From Basidiobolus meristosporus CBS 931.73 (Eukaryota; Fungi; Basidiobolomycota), in the NCBI GenBank assembly GCA_002104905.1, contig MCFE01000112.1, positions 103,008 to 167,007 of the forward strand: a stretch of 64,000 bases of DNA. The letters are read 5' to 3'. Position numbers and translations under genes: made by a program. How positions within the stretch are numbered: the first letter of the stretch is position 1; each line of letters starts with the position of its first letter. Below are positions 60,150 to 64,000 of this stretch, piece after piece. The notes under the pieces are model-generated. The model was given only the letters and a program-made list of their open reading frames with translations, had not been told where the DNA came from and searched no databases.

Positions 60150-60450
60150 ACACTGTCTTTACCACTGGTACTGAGCACTGTGCATCTTGCACAAGGGGTG
60201 AATCATAACAATAGGATACAAAGAGTCACCATCCAAGCATTCCAATCCTCCCTGCCAGGCATGCTTAGAAGCATTGGCAACCCCCTCAGCTTCAAGACTG
60301 GCCCTGCCTGGAACTTTCCATTGAAGCTCTTGTCACTGTTGGTATTGGCAGTATTTTGGTTGTTGTTCCTTCTGGTAATTGTGACAAACACCTGCCATAA
60401 TAACAGGACTTGGGCATTTGCTGTTTCAGCAGTGGATATGACTCAGATGC
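60150..60450 (-). pseudogene. Distant degenerate S1-family paralogue
   Basis: LLWQVFVTITRRNNNQNTANTNSDKSFNGKFQAGP(S)LEAEG matches LLRQVFTTVTRKHDN..DKGFNVNYQAGPSLEAEG. Confidence 0.6.
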
Positions 60451-60852
60451 TCTTGTAGCAGTCTGTTGGATGCTGAGCACATGGCAAACTATGATATTGA
60501 ACTCTTTTAGATTAGACTACCAAGAGCAAGTAATTGGAGCAGCAATGGTGGTTTGAAGAGAGGCAACACCTAAGATTGCTGTAAAGGGGTATAATGCATC
60601 TTGGACAACAGCTGATTACTTAGACTGCAACGGCATAGCCTCCCCTAAATTGGGTAGCTTAGGAATATGTCAAAACTATCCATGGTACTACATGGATTCA
60701 TTGACAGCAGCCACTAACTGCTCTCAATTTAAAGAATTACACGGATCCATTGACTAATTGCTCTTAATCTGGCTATTATGCAGGGGGGTGCTTCTCAAAA
60801 TAAAAGTTTTAAATATCGTAACATAGAGACTATACACTGCTGACGTTAGGTC

Positions 60853-61201
60853 TGTTGTAAAAATTTGTAATTCCACCTAAATACTCACCTAACTTAGTCA
60901 CTTAGATCATCACCTTCAGATCCTAGAGAATACTGACCAAATTCCTTGTTGGGATTTACTTAGAATATTTTCACCAAAATACCAGGTACCCAGAACATGA
61001 AAATTCTCAAGGTTGTCCAAACAGCCCCAAACTTTGCACACATGTTCTTGGGACCTTCCTTAACCTATTCTATGTGTTTGTAATGCCAAGACCATGTAAA
61101 AATATAAATACTACTTTTACATTCATTAAATCATTAAGTGAAAACCACTTAATCTACTTGTTCTCCAAATCACTTCTAATATCTCCAAGACTCTTACAAC
61201 A
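60853..61201 (+). repeat. Copia 5' LTR (349 bp)
   Basis: TGTTGTAA...TTACAACA terminal inverted repeat; homologous to 25505-25630 and 31259-31605. Confidence 0.85.
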
Positions 61202-61213
61202 GGTTATGAGCCC
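61202..61213 (+). promoter_or_regulatory. Primer-binding site, half-tRNA-iMet (Hemivirus/copia-like) type
   Basis: GGTTATGAGCCC directly after the LTR, resembling the GGTTATGGGCCC PBS of Drosophila copia. Confidence 0.7.
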
Positions 61214-61298
61214 CAAGCTGTCACTCTCTGCAATGTCTACTACTGCTATTACCGGAATTTTTCCCTCTGCTGAATAGTTGGATGGATCTAACTACTAA

Positions 61299-63612
61299 GT
61301 GTGGAAGGTGAAGATGAAGATGCTTCTACAAGAAAGAGGCCTTTGGGATATTGTCATGGGAGAAGAATGCCCTCCTAAAAGCGTGGGAGAGGAAACCTTA
61401 AAGTACCAGAAGAAAGAACAAAGTGCCTTTAACTGCATTTGCCTTAATGTCAAGGACAAATTGCTAATTCAATGCTCAAGAGCAAAAACGGCAAAGAATG
61501 CCTGGAAGGCATTAGAAGACACCTACCAGTCATGTTCAACTGCTAAGAAAATGTATCTGAGAAGAAAATTCTTTACTACAAAGATGCTGCCAGGAGAAGA
61601 TATGAAAAACCTAATTAACAGAATTACCCTGCTGGTAGATGAGATGGAATCTGTGGGCATACCAACTACTGAGGAGGATGTGATAGTTACCATCCTGAAT
61701 AGCCTGACAGACAAGTTTCAGGGCCTTGTATCAGCCCTAGAGTCCAGAACTGAAGATTTGACCTTAAATTACATATATGGAAGGCTCCTGGATGGAGAAT
61801 TAAGAAAATCAAGCGCCAAATAGAAGGAAGAAGAAAATGCTTTAATAAGCAATGATAACCAACAAAAGAGGTACCTAAGACTCTACAAAGGCAACAACAA
61901 CCTATTTTGCAACTACTGCAAAAGGAAAGGACACACATCAGACCGGTGTCTCAAAAAGAGATATTATAAGCAAAAGAAGACTGAATATGGAAATGCTGCA
62001 ACAACTGAAGATAGACTGTTCATATCTGTACTAAGTATGACCACAAACAAGGATTCTCAGACGTGGTATATTGACTCTGGAGCTTCTCAACACTTTACAC
62101 ACCAAAAAGAACTTTTAACCCAATATCAAGAAATTCTAATTATGAAGATTTTCATGGGTGACAATAGAACACTTGATGCAGTGGGAGAAGGAACTATCCA
62201 AGTAAACCTTAGAAGCAGTAAAGGAAGCCATACACTGACCTTTGAAGAAGTACTCTATGTACCAGAAGTAGCCAAGAACCTACTCTCTGTAAGCAAGGCC
62301 ACAGCAGAAGGACTCAGTTTCAGTTTTGACAATTCTGGATGCAGGATCACTGATCAAAATGGTGCCCATATTGCTTTGGGCATCAGAGATCAGAATCTAT
62401 ACAAGTTGACTTATATTCCATCATATTTGGAAGCCAATTTAAGTAACTTAAATGAAGAAACACCAATGCTTTGGCACAGGAGATTTGGACACATCAATCT
62501 TGATTATTTGCGTAAAATGATCAAAGATCAGCTGATATCTGGAGTGAAAATTGATCCCCCAGCTAATTTGGAGCACTGTGAAGCCTGCATATATGGGAAA
62601 CAAGCCAGACAACCGTTCAAGAGCTCTGGGTTAATCAAAATTAAGAAAAAATTAGATCTAATTCACTCAGATCTGTGTGGACCTATGCAAAATTTATCCT
62701 TAGGCGGGATGAAGTATTTAATCCCTTTTATTGATGATTATACAAGATACACATGGGTCTACTTCATGGAGAGAAAGGAAGAAGCTCTGTCTAAGTTTGG
62801 GGAGTTTAAAGCCACGGTGGAGAGAGAAATTGGTGAAAAAATCAAGAAAATACGATCTGACAATGGTGGAGAATATACCTCAAAACTCTTTGTCCACTTC
62901 TGCAAAATTCATGGGATAAAGCAAGCAACTACTGTACCATACTCCCCACAGCAAAATGGAGTAGCAGAACAAGCTAACAGATCAATAATTGATATGGCAA
63001 GATCTATGATCCATGATCAAAAAATTATCCTATGATTTTTGGGCGGAATCAGTTGCAACTGCTGTATATCTTAAAAACAGGAGTTATAACAGAATACTTT
63101 GTGATTCTACTCCATTTGAAGCATGGTATGGATACAGACCAAGTGCAGAACATCTAAGAATATTTGGGTGTACAGCATATGCCAAAAAACTGGCTGGAAA
63201 TCAGTCAAAATTTGAGCCAAAAAGTGTAAAATGCATATTTTTGGGCTACTGCAATGAGAGTAAGGCATACAGACTCTACAATACCAAAGCAAAGAAGCTG
63301 ATCAAGTCCAGGGATGTGTTGTTTGAAGAAAATTCAAAATTTTCACAAAAAATGACATCAGATGATGACAAAAATTTGATCTCAAGTCCACCAATTGTCA
63401 GGATTGAATCAGAGCAAAACAATCCAAATTTTTTCACTCCAGAGGACTCTACAACTGTGGTTCAGCCAGAATCAGCGCCCAGGAATATCCCAGAAGTGAT
63501 CATTCCAGTACCAAATGCCCAGAGATCCAATCAGACAAGAAATAGCCCAAATTACTATATCAATGTGGGTACAAACTTAGCCTATGCCTATTCAGTCCAT
63601 ATTGAGGGTTAG
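61299..63612 (+). pseudogene. Copia gag-protease-integrase, disrupted
   Basis: WKVKMKMLLQERGLWDIV gag; in-frame TAG at 61821-61823; CNYCKRKGHTSDRC knuckle; WYIDSGASQH protease; LIHSDLCGPM, IRSDNGGEY and QQNGVAE integrase; +1 A frameshift at ~63020. Confidence 0.92.
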
Positions 63613-63779
63613 GGGGGAGGAAAGTCACCAAGTGGTGAAATCTTTATTTACTTATGACAAGTATCTAAAGAAGCCATGTTAATCTGAAGTTAGGGGGGGA
63701 GACAGTCACCAACAGGTGAAATCTTTATTTCAGTTGAAACAAAGAAGCCAGCGCTACTGTTGTAGCTTTGATATAAGGG
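63606..63779 (+). repeat. Telomere-associated repeat, two ~82-bp units
   Basis: Each unit begins GTTAGGGGGG and contains AGTCACC-N4-GGTGAAATCTTTATTT and AAAGAAGCCA. Confidence 0.8.
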
Positions 63780-64000
63780 TTAGGGTTAGGGTTAGGGTTA
63801 GGGTTAGGGTTAGGGTTAGGGTTAGGGTTAGGGTTAGGGTTAGGGTTAGGGTTAGGGTTAGGGTTAGGGTTAGGGTTAGGGTTAGGGTTAGGGTTAGGGT
63901 TAGGGTTAGGGTTAGGGTTAGGGTTAGGGTTAGGGTTAGGGTTAGGGTTAGGGTTAGGGTTAGGGTTAGGGTTAGGGTTAGGGTTAGGGTTAGGGTTAGG
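63780..64000 (+). repeat. Telomere (TTAGGG)n
   Basis: About 36 perfect TTAGGG units to the end of the window; the G-rich strand runs 5'->3' towards the end. Confidence 0.99.

Larger units (their letters stand above)
60853..63610 (+). mobile_element. 3'-truncated Ty1/copia LTR retrotransposon abutting the telomere
   Basis: 5' LTR, PBS, gag, protease and integrase in copia order; no RT, RNase H or 3' LTR. Confidence 0.92.

Overview
Right-hand end of a eukaryotic chromosome, ending in a (TTAGGG)n tract at 63780-64000. The organism is most likely a fungus, possibly an early-diverging lineage; this is inferred from short GT-AG introns, TTAGGG, a fungal-type solute-binding protein and the TE repertoire. 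By eye the window has three compartments. (1) 1-31.6 kb is a CpG-poor transposon field. It holds an intact Ty3/gypsy element with identical LTRs plus two older copies of the same family, a dead CACTA/EnSpm transposase, Tf2-like gypsy relics, copia LTRs, and two MITE-like families, one of which includes a 732-bp foldback. (2) ~31.6-56.3 kb is a mostly CpG-retaining gene island of secreted or lineage-specific genes, nearly all pseudogenised: an acidic secreted-protein family, a bacterial-type solute-binding protein, a NIMA/NEK kinase and an F-box-like gene. It also carries a tandem array of about 8 prepropeptide genes (signal peptide, acidic pro-region, then a ~48-60 aa Gly/Tyr/Arg/Trp core ending C-x-W-G-C); this array is the most unusual system here. 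(3) 56.3-63.8 kb is CpG-poor again, with eroded paralogues and a Ty1/copia element cut off just before RT, next to the telomere. All family assignments come from motif recognition by eye; no searches were run.
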